From NCBI GenBank assembly GCA_964497675.1, contig CAZCDP010000002.1, positions 1 through 39,758 of the forward strand: 39,758 bases of DNA. Reading direction: 5' to 3'. The stretch's first letter is position 1, and each line of letters begins with the position of its first letter. Positions 9,103 through 19,708 of the stretch are shown piece by piece. Origin of the DNA: an uncultured Candidatus Epulonipiscium sp. Its GTDB lineage: Bacteria > Bacillota > Clostridia > Lachnospirales > Anaerotignaceae. Below the pieces are notes generated by a model that saw only the letters and a program-made list of their open reading frames with translations, did no database searches and was not told the origin of the DNA. Made by a program: the position numbers and the translations under genes.

Positions 9103-10140
9103 CTATTGATTTTTATTTTTGACGTGTGCATTAAAGTAATAAATCACAAAACTCAACACAATCACCATCAGTAAGACAACCACAATGGTACGGGAATCCT
9201 TAAAGGAAATAAAGATTGCCAAAAGACCGCATAAAAGGCTGATACCATAAAGGATTAATACCGCTTGTTTCTGAGAAAACCCTCTGTCTATCAGACGATG
9301 ATGCAGATGCCCCCTGTCAGCCTCCATAATAGGCTTATGCTTAGCAATCCGCCGCAGCATAGCAAAAATCGTATCAAAAACAGGTAAGCCCAAACAAAGC
9401 ATACTGACAATCAGTGCCAGTATGGCATAGCCCTTGAATACTCCTAAAATACTGGTAACCGCCAACACAAAGCCTAAAAAAGTAGAACCGCTGTCCCCCA
9501 TAAAAATTTCTGCCGGATTGAAGTTTCTTGGCAAAAATCCCAGACAAGCGCCTGCCAGTGCCGCCGTCAGCATGACAGCCGTACTGCTGCCTGTCATGAT
9601 GCAAAGCACCATAAGACACAGGGAGGCGATAGAGGAAACTCCCGCCGCTAAGCCGTCCAGACCATCAATGAGATTTACCGCATTGGTAACGCCCACTATC
9701 CAGAGCAGGGTAATGGGTACACTAAAAGTCTGCAAATACGTTGTGACAGGCCACATAACAAGATTGATTCTTGTACCGGAAAATATAACAATCAGCGCCG
9801 CTACAATCTGTACGCAAAATTTCAGCTTTGCGCTGAGATTTTTGATGTCGTCCAGCATCCCTAAAACAACGATGATTGCCGCACCCACCACAAATCCTGC
9901 AAACTGCTTCAAATCCATGGTTGTGTCGAAACGGGAAAGGACCAGAACGGTAACCATAAACCCCAGTACAATGGCAACGCCACCCATACGAGGCATAGGC
10001 TTGTTGTGCATTCCCCTTGCCTTCGGATAATCAATGGCACCTACTTTTTCCGAAATCTTTCTTGCCAACGGTGTAGCCACAAGGGTGATGGCAAAAGCAG
10101 AGGCAAAGGCGGCAATATATAAAAGCCAGTTATGGTTCAA
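9103..10140 (-). CDS. Glycosyltransferase family 4 polyprenyl-phosphate HexNAc-1-phosphate transferase (WecA/TagO/MraY-like)
   Basis: 345 aa polytopic membrane protein with the motifs LGMLDDIKNL and NAVNLIDGLDGLAAG. TTG start at 10140, with AAGGAG 9 nt upstream. Confidence 0.85.
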   Translation of the reverse strand: MNHNWLLYIAAFASAFAITLVATPLARKISEKVGAIDYPKARGMHNKPMPRMGGVAIVLGFMVTVLVLSRFDTTMDLKQFAGFVVGAAIIVVLGMLDDIKNLSAKLKFCVQIVAALIVIFSGTRINLVMWPVTTYLQTFSVPITLLWIVGVTNAVNLIDGLDGLAAGVSSIASLCLMVLCIMTGSSTAVMLTAALAGACLGFLPRNFNPAEIFMGDSGSTFLGFVLAVTSILGVFKGYAILALIVSMLCLGLPVFDTIFAMLRRIAKHKPIMEADRGHLHHRLIDRGFSQKQAVLILYGISLLCGLLAIFISFKDSRTIVVVLLMVIVLSFVIYYFNAHVKNKNQ

Positions 10141-10166
10141 TTCAACCCACTCCTTATCCCGGCAAC

Positions 10167-10793
10167 TTATTTTGTACCGAAAATTCTGTCCCCCGCGTCG
10201 CCAAGACCCGGCACAATATATCCATGCTCGTTCAGTCGTCCGTCATAAGCTGCTGTATAAATATCCACATCAGGATGATTTTTCTGTACCTTTTCCACGC
10301 CGTCAGGTGCTGCCAAAACACATAATAAAACAATCTTTTTTGCACCCTTCTCTTTCAGAAAACCAATGGCTGCCGTAGCCGTACCCCCTGTTGCCAGCAT
10401 AGGGTCTGTCAAAAATACGGTTCTTTCCTCTACGTCTACTGGCAGCTTGCAGTAATATTCTACCGGTTCTAAGGTTTCAGGATCTCTGTAAAGACCAATA
10501 TGTCCTACCTTTGCCGTAGGCATCAGTGCCAAAAGACCGTCTGTCATACCGATACCGGCACGTAAAATAGGTACAATGGCCAATTTCGTATCAATCATTT
10601 TACAATCTGCCGTTGCAATCGGTGTTTTTACCTTTACATCAACCAAAGGCAGTTCTCTTGTCGCTTCGTAGGAAAGAAGCATAGCAACCTCTTCTACCAG
10701 TTCTCTAAATTCCTTGGAACCTGTTTCTTCATCTCGAAGCATAGAAATTTTATGCTGAATCAGCGGGTGTTCTGAAATAAATAATTTACTCAT
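10167..10793 (-). CDS. upp: Uracil phosphoribosyltransferase
   Basis: [35 protein letters not shown]...DPMLATGGT. The start is moved to ATG 10793 (SD AAGGAGAA), giving the canonical 209-aa length. Confidence 0.92.
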   Translation of the reverse strand: MSKLFISEHPLIQHKISMLRDEETGSKEFRELVEEVAMLLSYEATRELPLVDVKVKTPIATADCKMIDTKLAIVPILRAGIGMTDGLLALMPTAKVGHIGLYRDPETLEPVEYYCKLPVDVEERTVFLTDPMLATGGTATAAIGFLKEKGAKKIVLLCVLAAPDGVEKVQKNHPDVDIYTAAYDGRLNEHGYIVPGLGDAGDRIFGTK

Positions 10794-10810
10794 GATTTTC
10801 TCCTTTATTC

Positions 10811-11239
10811 TCAATCTTCAATCTGTGCTACTCTTTTGGCGTGTCTTTCCGCATTTGAATAGGGTGTTTCCAAAAATATTTTCAAAATTTCAAGGGCAAG
10901 CCCCGGACCTGTCACTCTTGCACCCATGGCAAGAATATTGGCATCATTATGCTCACGGGTTGCCTTGGCAGAGAAACAATCTCCGCAAAGAGCCGCACGA
11001 ACCCCTTTGATTTTATTAGCCGTAATGGAAATACCAATGCCTGTTCCACAGATGATAATGCCTTTTTCACATACTCCGTCTGCTACCGCATGGGCAACCA
11101 GCTTACCATACACAGGGTAATCGCAGGCTTCCTCGGAATCCGTCCCAAAATTTTTATAAGGGATGTTCTGCTCATCCAAATATTTGATAATTTCCTGCAT
11201 CAGCGGATACCCGCCGTGGTCACAGCCTAATGCTATCAT
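10811..11239 (-). CDS. rpiB: Ribose-5-phosphate isomerase B (RpiB/LacAB family)
   Basis: [17 protein letters not shown]...[14 protein letters not shown]...; 142 aa. Confidence 0.9.
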   Translation of the reverse strand: MIALGCDHGGYPLMQEIIKYLDEQNIPYKNFGTDSEEACDYPVYGKLVAHAVADGVCEKGIIICGTGIGISITANKIKGVRAALCGDCFSAKATREHNDANILAMGARVTGPGLALEILKIFLETPYSNAERHAKRVAQIED

Positions 11240-11271
11240 AATTTCGTCTCCTTTGTTGTAACTCGGTCTTT

Positions 11272-12330
11272 TTATTCAATTTCAATGGTATGGTACCCTG
11301 CCGCTTTGTTCAGCCTGTTCATAATGGCCATGCCTTCTCCCGTTTCTTCAAAAACCTCGGAATAGATGACATCCATACCCAAAAAGTCAAATTTCCGCAG
11401 CATATTGAACAAGCCTGCACCAATGGTTTCCGGCTTTTCCCTATCACCCACAGACAGCACCGTTCCATGGGTATAAAGTACCTTTGTTTGCTCGGTCGCC
11501 ATAATACCAACCTGTTTCCCTGTTTTTTCCGCTTCTGCCGCCATGGCATTGATTTTTTTTGCCACCGCTTCCTTCGTGCTTCCTTTGACCAGCAGCACCG
11601 CAGCCTTTGGCGAATAATGGGTATATTTCATGCCCGGTGCTTTGGGTGCCACATTCTGCTCCGGCTTTGCCGTTACCGCAGGGTCTACCGCAATCTCACC
11701 GATGACCTCTTCAATCATTTCTCTGGTAATCACACCGGGGCGCAGTAACATGGCTTTTTCCCCAGATACATCTAATATCGTAGATTCCAGACCAACCTCC
11801 GTAGGCCCTCCGTCTACAATCATATCGATTTTTCCGCCCAAATCATATTCCACATGGGAAGCCCTTGTGGGGCTGGGTTTTCCCGAGGAATTGGCACTCG
11901 GCGCGGCAATGGGCAATCCTGTCTGACGGATGATGGCACAGGCGGTCTGATGGGAAGGAAAACGTACTGCGACCGTATCAAAGCCCCCTGTAATCTCTGC
12001 CGGCACACAATCCGCCTTTTTGAAAATCAGGGTAATCGGCCCCGGCCAGAAGGCATCCATGATTTTTCCCGCTATAGGCGGAATCTCTTTTACAATGGGA
12101 CGCAGCTCACTGATTTGAGAAATATGCAAAATCAGAGGGTTGTCCGAAGGCCGCCCTTTTGCCGCATATATTTTTTTACAGACTTCTCCGTCCAGACCAT
12201 TGCCCCCCAGCCCATAAACAGTTTCTGTGGGAAAAGCCACCAACCCTCCCTGACGAAGGATGTCGGCGGCTTTTTGTATCACTTGCTGGTTTGGACAGCC
12301 GGAATCTATTTTTTCAACTATGGTTTTCAT
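11272..12330 (-). CDS. tsaC: L-threonylcarbamoyladenylate synthase (long Sua5/YwlC form)
   Basis: YrdC domain (GGLVAFPTETVYGLGGN, KGRPSDNPLILH) plus a C-terminal Sua5 domain; 352 aa. The tsaC-rpiB-upp neighbourhood matches other Firmicutes. Confidence 0.9.
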   Translation of the reverse strand: MKTIVEKIDSGCPNQQVIQKAADILRQGGLVAFPTETVYGLGGNGLDGEVCKKIYAAKGRPSDNPLILHISQISELRPIVKEIPPIAGKIMDAFWPGPITLIFKKADCVPAEITGGFDTVAVRFPSHQTACAIIRQTGLPIAAPSANSSGKPSPTRASHVEYDLGGKIDMIVDGGPTEVGLESTILDVSGEKAMLLRPGVITREMIEEVIGEIAVDPAVTAKPEQNVAPKAPGMKYTHYSPKAAVLLVKGSTKEAVAKKINAMAAEAEKTGKQVGIMATEQTKVLYTHGTVLSVGDREKPETIGAGLFNMLRKFDFLGMDVIYSEVFEETGEGMAIMNRLNKAAGYHTIEIE

Positions 12331-12831
12331 TTATAAATTTGCCCCACAGCATTTTTTATACTTTTTACCACTGCCACAAGGACAAGGGTCATTGCGTCCG
12401 ATTTTTTCTGCCTTTATGATAGTACGGGACTTTTTCTGTTCCAGAGTTAGTCTTTTTCTTGTTTCTTCGTCAAATATACCATCCCACTGGGGTAAGGAAT
12501 ATAAATGCTCCGCTTTGTATTCCACCATTTTTTTAAACAGCTTCTCAAAATCAATTTCGACTATAATCTCAGTATCTTCTGTCAAGGTAAGCATATCATA
12601 TGGCTTCGGTAATACTTCATTGATTCCGTCCACAAACGCAACGATTTCCTCTGCTGTCATGGAAAAACGCTCCGCCAGTTCAGAAACCTTCCCTTCCACC
12701 TTAGTTACCTTTTCGCCAATCATATATTCATAGATTTTCTGTTCTCTGGGAAGATACTGTTCCCAAACAGCCTCCACGCTTCTTCCTTCTTTGCTAAATG
12801 CTTTGTTCATCCAGCTTTCGTATAAATTCAT
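12331..12831 (-). CDS. SEC-C metal-binding motif protein, function unknown
   Basis: C-terminal [16 protein letters not shown]. The start is placed at ATG 12831 ([10 protein letters not shown]...), behind AAAGGAGAG. The stop abuts the tsaC start, so the two are likely translationally coupled. Confidence 0.7.
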   Translation of the reverse strand: MNLYESWMNKAFSKEGRSVEAVWEQYLPREQKIYEYMIGEKVTKVEGKVSELAERFSMTAEEIVAFVDGINEVLPKPYDMLTLTEDTEIIVEIDFEKLFKKMVEYKAEHLYSLPQWDGIFDEETRKRLTLEQKKSRTIIKAEKIGRNDPCPCGSGKKYKKCCGANL

Positions 12832-12880
12832 TTCTTGTCTCTCCTTTAATTTCATTAACAAAATAAATACACTACCAGAA

Positions 12881-12909
12881 ATAATAATATATATTCCCTG
12901 TCATTGCAA
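12881..12909 (-). promoter_or_regulatory. Candidate sigmaA promoter of the SEC-C/tsaC/rpiB/upp operon
   Basis: On the minus strand: TTGCAA (12909-12904), a 17-nt spacer, then TATTAT (12886-12881). Confidence 0.45.
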
Positions 12910-13040
12910 CAAAATTTTTAAATTAGTCTTATAAATGTTACCTAAAATATGTGGAAAATCGCCCAAGGTTAGGAGGGAATATAAAATATGCCCCCGCCGA
13001 TTTTCGACGAAGGCCCCCATTTCCATCTGAATGATACTGC

Positions 13041-13517
13041 TTATACGATTTTTCTTTTGGATTCTTCCCTTGCCGTTTTTTCTTCTGTTCGTTTTATAAT
13101 AACAGCTTGCACATTTTCAGGCAAACGATCCAATATCTTCTGGAACTGATTTTCCCTTCGGCTCTTTTCTAATTGCTTGCGCATAGACTCTGGCAATTCG
13201 CCCAAAACCAGTTTAGTGATTTTTTCTTCCTCCACAAAATGAGCAATACTGCCTGCAATATCTTCTTCGCAAAAGGCGTGAATCATACCGCCCTTCTCAC
13301 TGCCATATACAAATAACTGCTGCAACAGATGCAATGTTTCATTGTTATTAAATACATTGTCACCTTTTTGCACATGGAGGATATGTAATTCCCCACTACA
13401 CTGGGAAGCCACCTCTGCCCCTGCATCAATAAGCCTTCTGGAATTGCTCTGTGCCGTAATACATACCAATACTTTTTCTTTGAAATCAAAATCAGCCGTA
13501 TCAATTTCTCTTATCAA
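13041..13517 (-). CDS. Universal-stress-protein-like (Usp/KdpD-Usp type) protein
   Basis: KVLVCITAQSNSRRLIDAGAEVA..ELHILHV...IAHFVEEEKITKLVLG resembles the Usp alpha/beta fold. The start is placed at TTG 13517, 6 nt after AGGAGGG. The ATG at 13571 has no SD. Confidence 0.55.
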   Translation of the reverse strand: MIREIDTADFDFKEKVLVCITAQSNSRRLIDAGAEVASQCSGELHILHVQKGDNVFNNNETLHLLQQLFVYGSEKGGMIHAFCEEDIAGSIAHFVEEEKITKLVLGELPESMRKQLEKSRRENQFQKILDRLPENVQAVIIKRTEEKTAREESKRKIV

Positions 13518-13901
13518 CAGAATCCCTCCTTTATGCAGCCTGACACTACCTTTATCTATACCATAACACAATTTTATGAAAAAGTCATAAATTTAGGGCA
13601 AAGAATTTCTTACAAAATCATGAACCCCAAAGTCTTTAAATAAAGCTAAAACCTTGGTATCTCAACGAAAACTCGGTCTTATATTTTTAAAAGCGGAGCC
13701 TTATGTTTATTTTTGTACTAAAAAAAGAACTAAAATACATACCAAAAATCCCCTTATTCTGTAGGCTTTTTCTGTTTTTACAAAAGTTTCTCCTTCTCAT
13801 CTTGGTGAAGTCCTCTGTAATACGATACGAGATTTTCGTTCTTTTGTTTCTTATTTTTTAATTTTTCCAAGTATTACTCCTATCATTCTTATAAAAAGCT
13901 C

Positions 13902-14060
13902 TTGAGGCTTTGCCTCAAATCAGCTTAAAGACAAACCCTCAATTTAGCCAATTATTCGCAGAGGGTTTGGGAACGAAATGTCCCCAACTGAAATCACGCA
14001 GGGTGGATTCATCTCGCCCGTAGTGTAGAAAAGCAAGAGGGTTTTGACTTTGTCTACCCA
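13902..14060. repeat. Mosaic intergenic repeat locus B (L-module copy 13924-13999)
   Basis: Hairpin TTGAGGC-tt-GCCTCAA (13902-13919). Then CTTAAAGACAAA + CCCTCAATTTAGCCAATTATTCGCAGAGGGTTTGGGAAC..., which aligns with 37533-37604, 1025-1100 and the reverse complement of 16861-16920. GGGTTTTGACTTTGTCTACCC (14040-14060) is an H-type unit. Confidence 0.7.
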
Positions 14061-14061
14061 C

Positions 14062-14116
14062 TAAAAACACCCCCTTAGTTATTTTCAGTATATCATACTG
14101 TCTAACTAAAGGGGTG
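14062..14116 (-). terminator. Probable pyrG terminator
   Basis: On the minus strand: CACCCCTTTAGTTA (14116-14103) pairs 13/14 with TAACTAAGGGGGTG (14081-14068), followed by TTTTTAG. It starts 36 nt after the pyrG stop. Confidence 0.55.
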
Positions 14117-14151
14117 CAATTCACAAGCCACAGGGCGTTTTCTTTATATTT

Positions 14152-15771
<1,620 letters not shown>

Positions 15772-16097
15772 TCAAATATTGTATAAACTCTCTCTTTATT
15801 CTGTTCAAAAAGCATTGCTTTTTTCATTTTATTCGTTTCGCCGTCAACCGGGAACAAAACATACCTTTTAATATTATCACAAATCAAGTTTAAAATAAAC
15901 ATTTTCTATGCGAAATTTTATGCCTAAAAAGAAAGAGCAAACAATCAGGATATTAGCAAATATGATACTGCTCCTTTCTATATAAAAAATTTTATATTTT
16001 ATTGCGCATTCATTGACAAAACTGCTGAAAGACCTTAGGATAACAATACATGAATCAAAAATCAGATGTTCTATTTAAGAAATAAGGAGGAAACGAT

Positions 16098-16586
16098 ATG
16101 GAAGATGCCCCTAAAAAAACAAAAGAAGAACTCATGACAGAAGCCGAAAATATAGCCAAAAATTACTTCAGAGAGGGTTTAAATTGTTCTGAATGTGTAC
16201 TGCGTACCTTTTTGGATATGCACGAAACCCCGCTGCCTGATGAAATCATGGCTCTGGCTTCGGGCTTTGGCGGAGGTATCGGCAGGACTAGAAATATTTG
16301 TGGTGCTATTTCAGGTGCAGTCATGGCTCTGGGTGTTGTAAATGGCAGAAAAAATCCTTTTGAAAAAGAAACGGCAGGCGAGCGTGCCAAAGAATTGACA
16401 CAGGTTTATAAACCCTTCGCAGAAATGATTCACGAAGTAGAGGATACCTACGGTACCACAATCTGTCGGGAGCTTTCCGCCCCCCATGGTGATTTTGAAT
16501 GTAAGGCACGAAAGAAAAGCTGCCAGCAAATCATCGGTCACTGTGCCGCTCTGGCGACTAAATATGCCATGCCGAAAGAAGAATAA
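16098..16586 (+). CDS. C_GCAxxG_C_C family (putative redox-active) protein
   Basis: NCSECVLRTF...ICGAISGAVMALG...C..C pattern; strong SD AAGGAGGAA; 162 aa. Confidence 0.8.
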   Translation: MEDAPKKTKEELMTEAENIAKNYFREGLNCSECVLRTFLDMHETPLPDEIMALASGFGGGIGRTRNICGAISGAVMALGVVNGRKNPFEKETAGERAKELTQVYKPFAEMIHEVEDTYGTTICRELSAPHGDFECKARKKSCQQIIGHCAALATKYAMPKEE

Positions 16587-16621
16587 ACTCTGCCTAGAAC
16601 CAAAACAACCTTACAAAAAAA

Positions 16622-16920
16622 ACGCTTCGTTGGATACACTATAACCATTTAAAAAAACCTACACCCTTTGGAGGTTTCCCCTCCAAACCACATGAGGGTG
16701 CAACCCTCACCCCCTAACGGAAAACTACGTTTTCCTTGGTATGCAGACAAAGTCTGCATACCCTTACTTTAAAAAGTAAGTACTATTTGTTAAAATGCTG
16801 ATTTCTTCATGCAAGGGCTATGCCCCTAGAAACCAGCATTTTTCTTTTGTTGCAAAATGAAATTCCCCTTGGGACGCTTCGTTCCTAAACCCTCTCCAAA
16901 TAATTGGCTGAACTTAGGGC
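16622..16920. repeat. Mosaic intergenic repeat locus C: six consecutive hairpin units plus a reverse L-module copy
   Basis: Stems at 16667-16687, 16694-16708, 16719-16735, 16738-16762, 16763-16780 and 16793-16841, all perfect or with one mismatch. The reverse complement of 16861-16920 reads GCCCTAAGTTCAGCCAATTATTTGGAGAGGGTTTAGGAACGAAGCGTCCCAAGG. ACGCTTCGTT is directly repeated at 16622 and 16874. Confidence 0.75.
16792..16850 (+). terminator. Possible terminator for the plus-strand gene ending at 16586
   Basis: AAATGCTGATTTC (16793-16805) pairs 12/13 with GAAACCAGCATTT (16829-16841), followed by TTCTTTTG. It is part of the mosaic array. Confidence 0.4.
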
Positions 16921-16935
16921 TTGCCTTCAAATGTA

Positions 16936-16973
16936 ACGCCCCATTCCACCTGTAACACAGTGGAATGGGGCGT
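16936..16973. terminator. Strong hairpin just downstream of potD (probable pot operon terminator)
   Basis: 14-bp perfect stem ACGCCCCATTCCAC (16936-16949) / GTGGAATGGGGCGT (16960-16973), 20 nt beyond the potD stop. The U-tract is only moderate on either strand. Confidence 0.5.
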
Positions 16974-16992
16974 CTTTAAATGTCCGTTTTTT

Positions 16993-18069
16993 TTATTTTG
17001 CCGCTTTTACTTTAATCCAAAGTTCAGACAGCTTTTGTTTCAATACTTCATTATCCTCAAAAACCTCATCCTTTTCATAGCCTGTACGTGGCAAATAAGC
17101 TTCGTTTTTCTCAAACAAACCGCCTTCACCTGTCATCTCGTCCAACACCTCTTGATTGGAAGAAGCATATCCTACCGTTTCAGAGTTGCCATAAGATGCG
17201 TCATAAGTCAGTACATAATTGATAAATTCATGGGCCAGCTTCGGATTTTCCGCATTGGCAGGAATCACCATGCAGTCACTCCAGATATTTGTGCCTTCCT
17301 TCGGCATATAAAAACTCATATCTTCATTTTCTGCTAAAATCGTTGCCGCATCCCCGCTATAAACCACGGCCATATCCTTTGTGCCGTTAATCATGCCGTC
17401 AATAACCTCATCTGTCACGTAAGTTGGCTCCATGGTATTGTTCAGTTCCTTCAGCCATTCATAGGCTTCCATAATCTGCCCTTCGTCCTCTGTATTCATA
17501 GAATACCCCAATGCCTTAAACGCCGCCATAAAGGAGTCCCGTTCAGAATCATACATATACAATTTGCCTTTATAATTCGTATCTTTCAAGACATTAAAAC
17601 CCTCTGCCTCCACAACTTCCTTTGGCACATTGTTATGATTATAAACAATGCCTACGGAGCCCCAGAAATAAGGTACAGAATAGGTATTGTCCTTATCATA
17701 AGGAAGGTTTTTTACGCCCTCTGTCAGATTGGACAGGTTGGGAATCAGAGCTTTGTCCAACTTCATAAGGCTATTGTCTGCAATCAAACGTTCAATCATA
17801 TAATCGGAAGGTACCAAAACATCGTAAGAATCGCCGGACTGCAATTTTGTATACATCATTTCGTTAGAATCAAAATACTCCACAATCACTTTTACACCAA
17901 ATTCTTTTTCAAAATCGCTAATGAGGTTTTCCCCCATATACTCTCCCCAATTATATAGCTTTAGGGTATCGGAGCCATACTTTTCCACAGCGTCCGCTGT
18001 ATTTGTCCCACCTCCACAGCCGGTGAATACAAATAAAGAACCAAGAATCAATGCAATCAATTTTTTCAT
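16993..18069 (-). CDS. potD: Spermidine/putrescine ABC transporter substrate-binding lipoprotein
   Basis: Lipobox LFVFTGCGG and PotD/PotF-family sequence. Last gene of a 4-nt-overlapping potABCD string. Confidence 0.85.
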   Translation of the reverse strand: MKKLIALILGSLFVFTGCGGGTNTADAVEKYGSDTLKLYNWGEYMGENLISDFEKEFGVKVIVEYFDSNEMMYTKLQSGDSYDVLVPSDYMIERLIADNSLMKLDKALIPNLSNLTEGVKNLPYDKDNTYSVPYFWGSVGIVYNHNNVPKEVVEAEGFNVLKDTNYKGKLYMYDSERDSFMAAFKALGYSMNTEDEGQIMEAYEWLKELNNTMEPTYVTDEVIDGMINGTKDMAVVYSGDAATILAENEDMSFYMPKEGTNIWSDCMVIPANAENPKLAHEFINYVLTYDASYGNSETVGYASSNQEVLDEMTGEGGLFEKNEAYLPRTGYEKDEVFEDNEVLKQKLSELWIKVKAAK

Positions 18070-18860
18070 ACAGCTTTCCTCTCCTTTTTCTCCTTGATAA
18101 TAGGTATGACATTGACCAAAATAAGAACCATGGTAATAATCACAATAATGATGGTTGACAATGCGTTGATAGATGGGTTTACCCGTTTCGACATGGTGTA
18201 AACCAGTATAGAAATATTATTTATGCCATTTCCCGTAACGAAATAAGAAATGATAAAATCATCAAAGGACATGGTAAAGGCAATTAATGCACCGGAAATA
18301 ATACCGGGTTTAATCTGGGGTACGATAACCTTTGTCAGTGCCTGCCAAGGTGTCGCGCCTAAATCCAGAGCTGCGTCTGCCAGATTGGGGTCCAAAGACC
18401 GTAGCTTTGGTGACACGCTCAGTATAACATAGGGAATACAAAACATAATATGAGCAAGAAGGAGGCTGACAAAACCTTTCTTGACACCCAATGCACTGAA
18501 AAACATCAATAGCCCAATCGCCGTTACAATCTCCGGATTCATAATCGGCAAGTCGTTAATCTGTCCCACCACACTTTTTACAAGCCCCTTGGATTTAGAA
18601 AGCCCAATGGCTGTAATGGTTCCCACTATGGTAGAAATCAGTGTGGCAAAAACCGCAATGGCTATGGTATAAAAAATAGAGCTCATCATGGTGGAGTTAT
18701 GGAACATTTTTTCATACCATCTCAAGGAAAAACCGTTGAAATGGGTGAGTGAGCGGGATGAATTAAAGGAGAACACCACCGTATATAGTATAGGAAGATA
18801 GAAAAACACCATCAGCAAAATCAAATAGAGTTTGGAATAAATTCCCTTTGCTTTTTTCAA
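18066..18860 (-). CDS. potC: Spermidine/putrescine ABC transporter permease
   Basis: 264 aa; six-TM BPD-transport permease with an EAA-like loop (AALDLGATPWQALTKVIVPQIKPG). Confidence 0.85.
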   Translation of the reverse strand: MKKAKGIYSKLYLILLMVFFYLPILYTVVFSFNSSRSLTHFNGFSLRWYEKMFHNSTMMSSIFYTIAIAVFATLISTIVGTITAIGLSKSKGLVKSVVGQINDLPIMNPEIVTAIGLLMFFSALGVKKGFVSLLLAHIMFCIPYVILSVSPKLRSLDPNLADAALDLGATPWQALTKVIVPQIKPGIISGALIAFTMSFDDFIISYFVTGNGINNISILVYTMSKRVNPSINALSTIIIVIITMVLILVNVIPIIKEKKERKAV

Positions 18861-19708
18861 CTGAACTTCCTCCTTCCTTCTGCACTAAGGTCCGTATCCA
18901 CTTTTCTTGTCACAAACATGGAAATCATGATAACGATAGTCATAATCAGAGAGATGGCACTGCCGAAGTTCCAGTTGCCCGATGTCAAGAATTGGGACTC
19001 AATCACATTACCAATCAGCACATATTGTCCGCCGCCCAAAAGCTTTGGAATAAAGAAGCTGGATACTGCGGGCAGAAATACCAAAGTGATACCGCTAATC
19101 ACACCGGGCAGGGACAAAGGCAGGGTAATCCGCAGAAAAGACTGTATCTTGTTCGCCCCCAAATCACTGGCGGCCTCCAAAAAGCTTTTATCCATTTTTG
19201 TCAAGGATGTATAAATCTGCAATATCATAAAAGGAACAAAATTATAAACCATACCCAGTATAACCGCAAAATCCGTATGGAGCATTTTCATAGGATGCAA
19301 ATGAAAAAACTCCAATGTCATATTAATAATACCGTCGTCCTGCAAAATCCCCATCCACGCATAAGTACGCACTAACATATTAATCCATGTGGGCAGTGTA
19401 ATCAGCAAAATCAGAAGCACCTTGTTTTTTTCCGCCGAATTCGCAATGACATAGGCGGCAGGATAGCCCAGAAGAATACAAAGCACCGTCGTAACCAAAG
19501 CGATGAATAAAGAGCGTTTCAGTACGTCAATAAAAATCCTGTCGCTGAAAAAACGAGCAAAATTTTCCAAGGTAAAGCGTATGGTCGCCACATCGTTTCC
19601 CTTTGCCGTAAAGGCATACATCAGAATCAGCAACATAGGCACAACAATCATTACAGAAATCCACAGCATATAAGGATATGCCATACTACGAAACTGCTTC
19701 ATACTCAA
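18857..19708 (-). CDS. potB: Spermidine/putrescine ABC transporter permease
   Basis: 283 aa permease with EAA loop [25 protein letters not shown]. Confidence 0.85.
   Translation of the reverse strand: MSMKQFRSMAYPYMLWISVMIVVPMLLILMYAFTAKGNDVATIRFTLENFARFFSDRIFIDVLKRSLFIALVTTVLCILLGYPAAYVIANSAEKNKVLLILLITLPTWINMLVRTYAWMGILQDDGIINMTLEFFHLHPMKMLHTDFAVILGMVYNFVPFMILQIYTSLTKMDKSFLEAASDLGANKIQSFLRITLPLSLPGVISGITLVFLPAVSSFFIPKLLGGGQYVLIGNVIESQFLTSGNWNFGSAISLIMTIVIMISMFVTRKVDTDLSAEGRRKFS

Noticed and set aside
9434-10030. 198-aa plus-strand ORF antisense to the GT4 transferase gene; similar cases at 11290-11748, 11854-12336, 12260-12733, 14203-14730, 14812-15294, 18848-19375, 27930-28295, 30699-31151
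   Set aside because: All lie wholly inside strongly supported minus-strand genes, lack ribosome-binding sites and give compositionally odd proteins.
13665-13856. Inverted repeat AACGAAAACTCGGT (13665-13678) / ACGAGATTTTCGTT (13842-13855), a possible second TIR-bounded unit
   Set aside because: The arms pair only with an indel, the interior shows no repeat modules I could match elsewhere, and the sequence is AT-rich. The evidence is too weak to report as an element.
13939-14124. 61-aa minus-strand ORF downstream of pyrG
   Set aside because: It is composed entirely of repeat modules and the pyrG terminator hairpin, and has no SD.
16622-16920. Repeat clusters considered as a CRISPR array
   Set aside because: The units differ from one another, are not separated by uniform spacers and are individually palindromic and contiguous. 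No cas genes are in the window.
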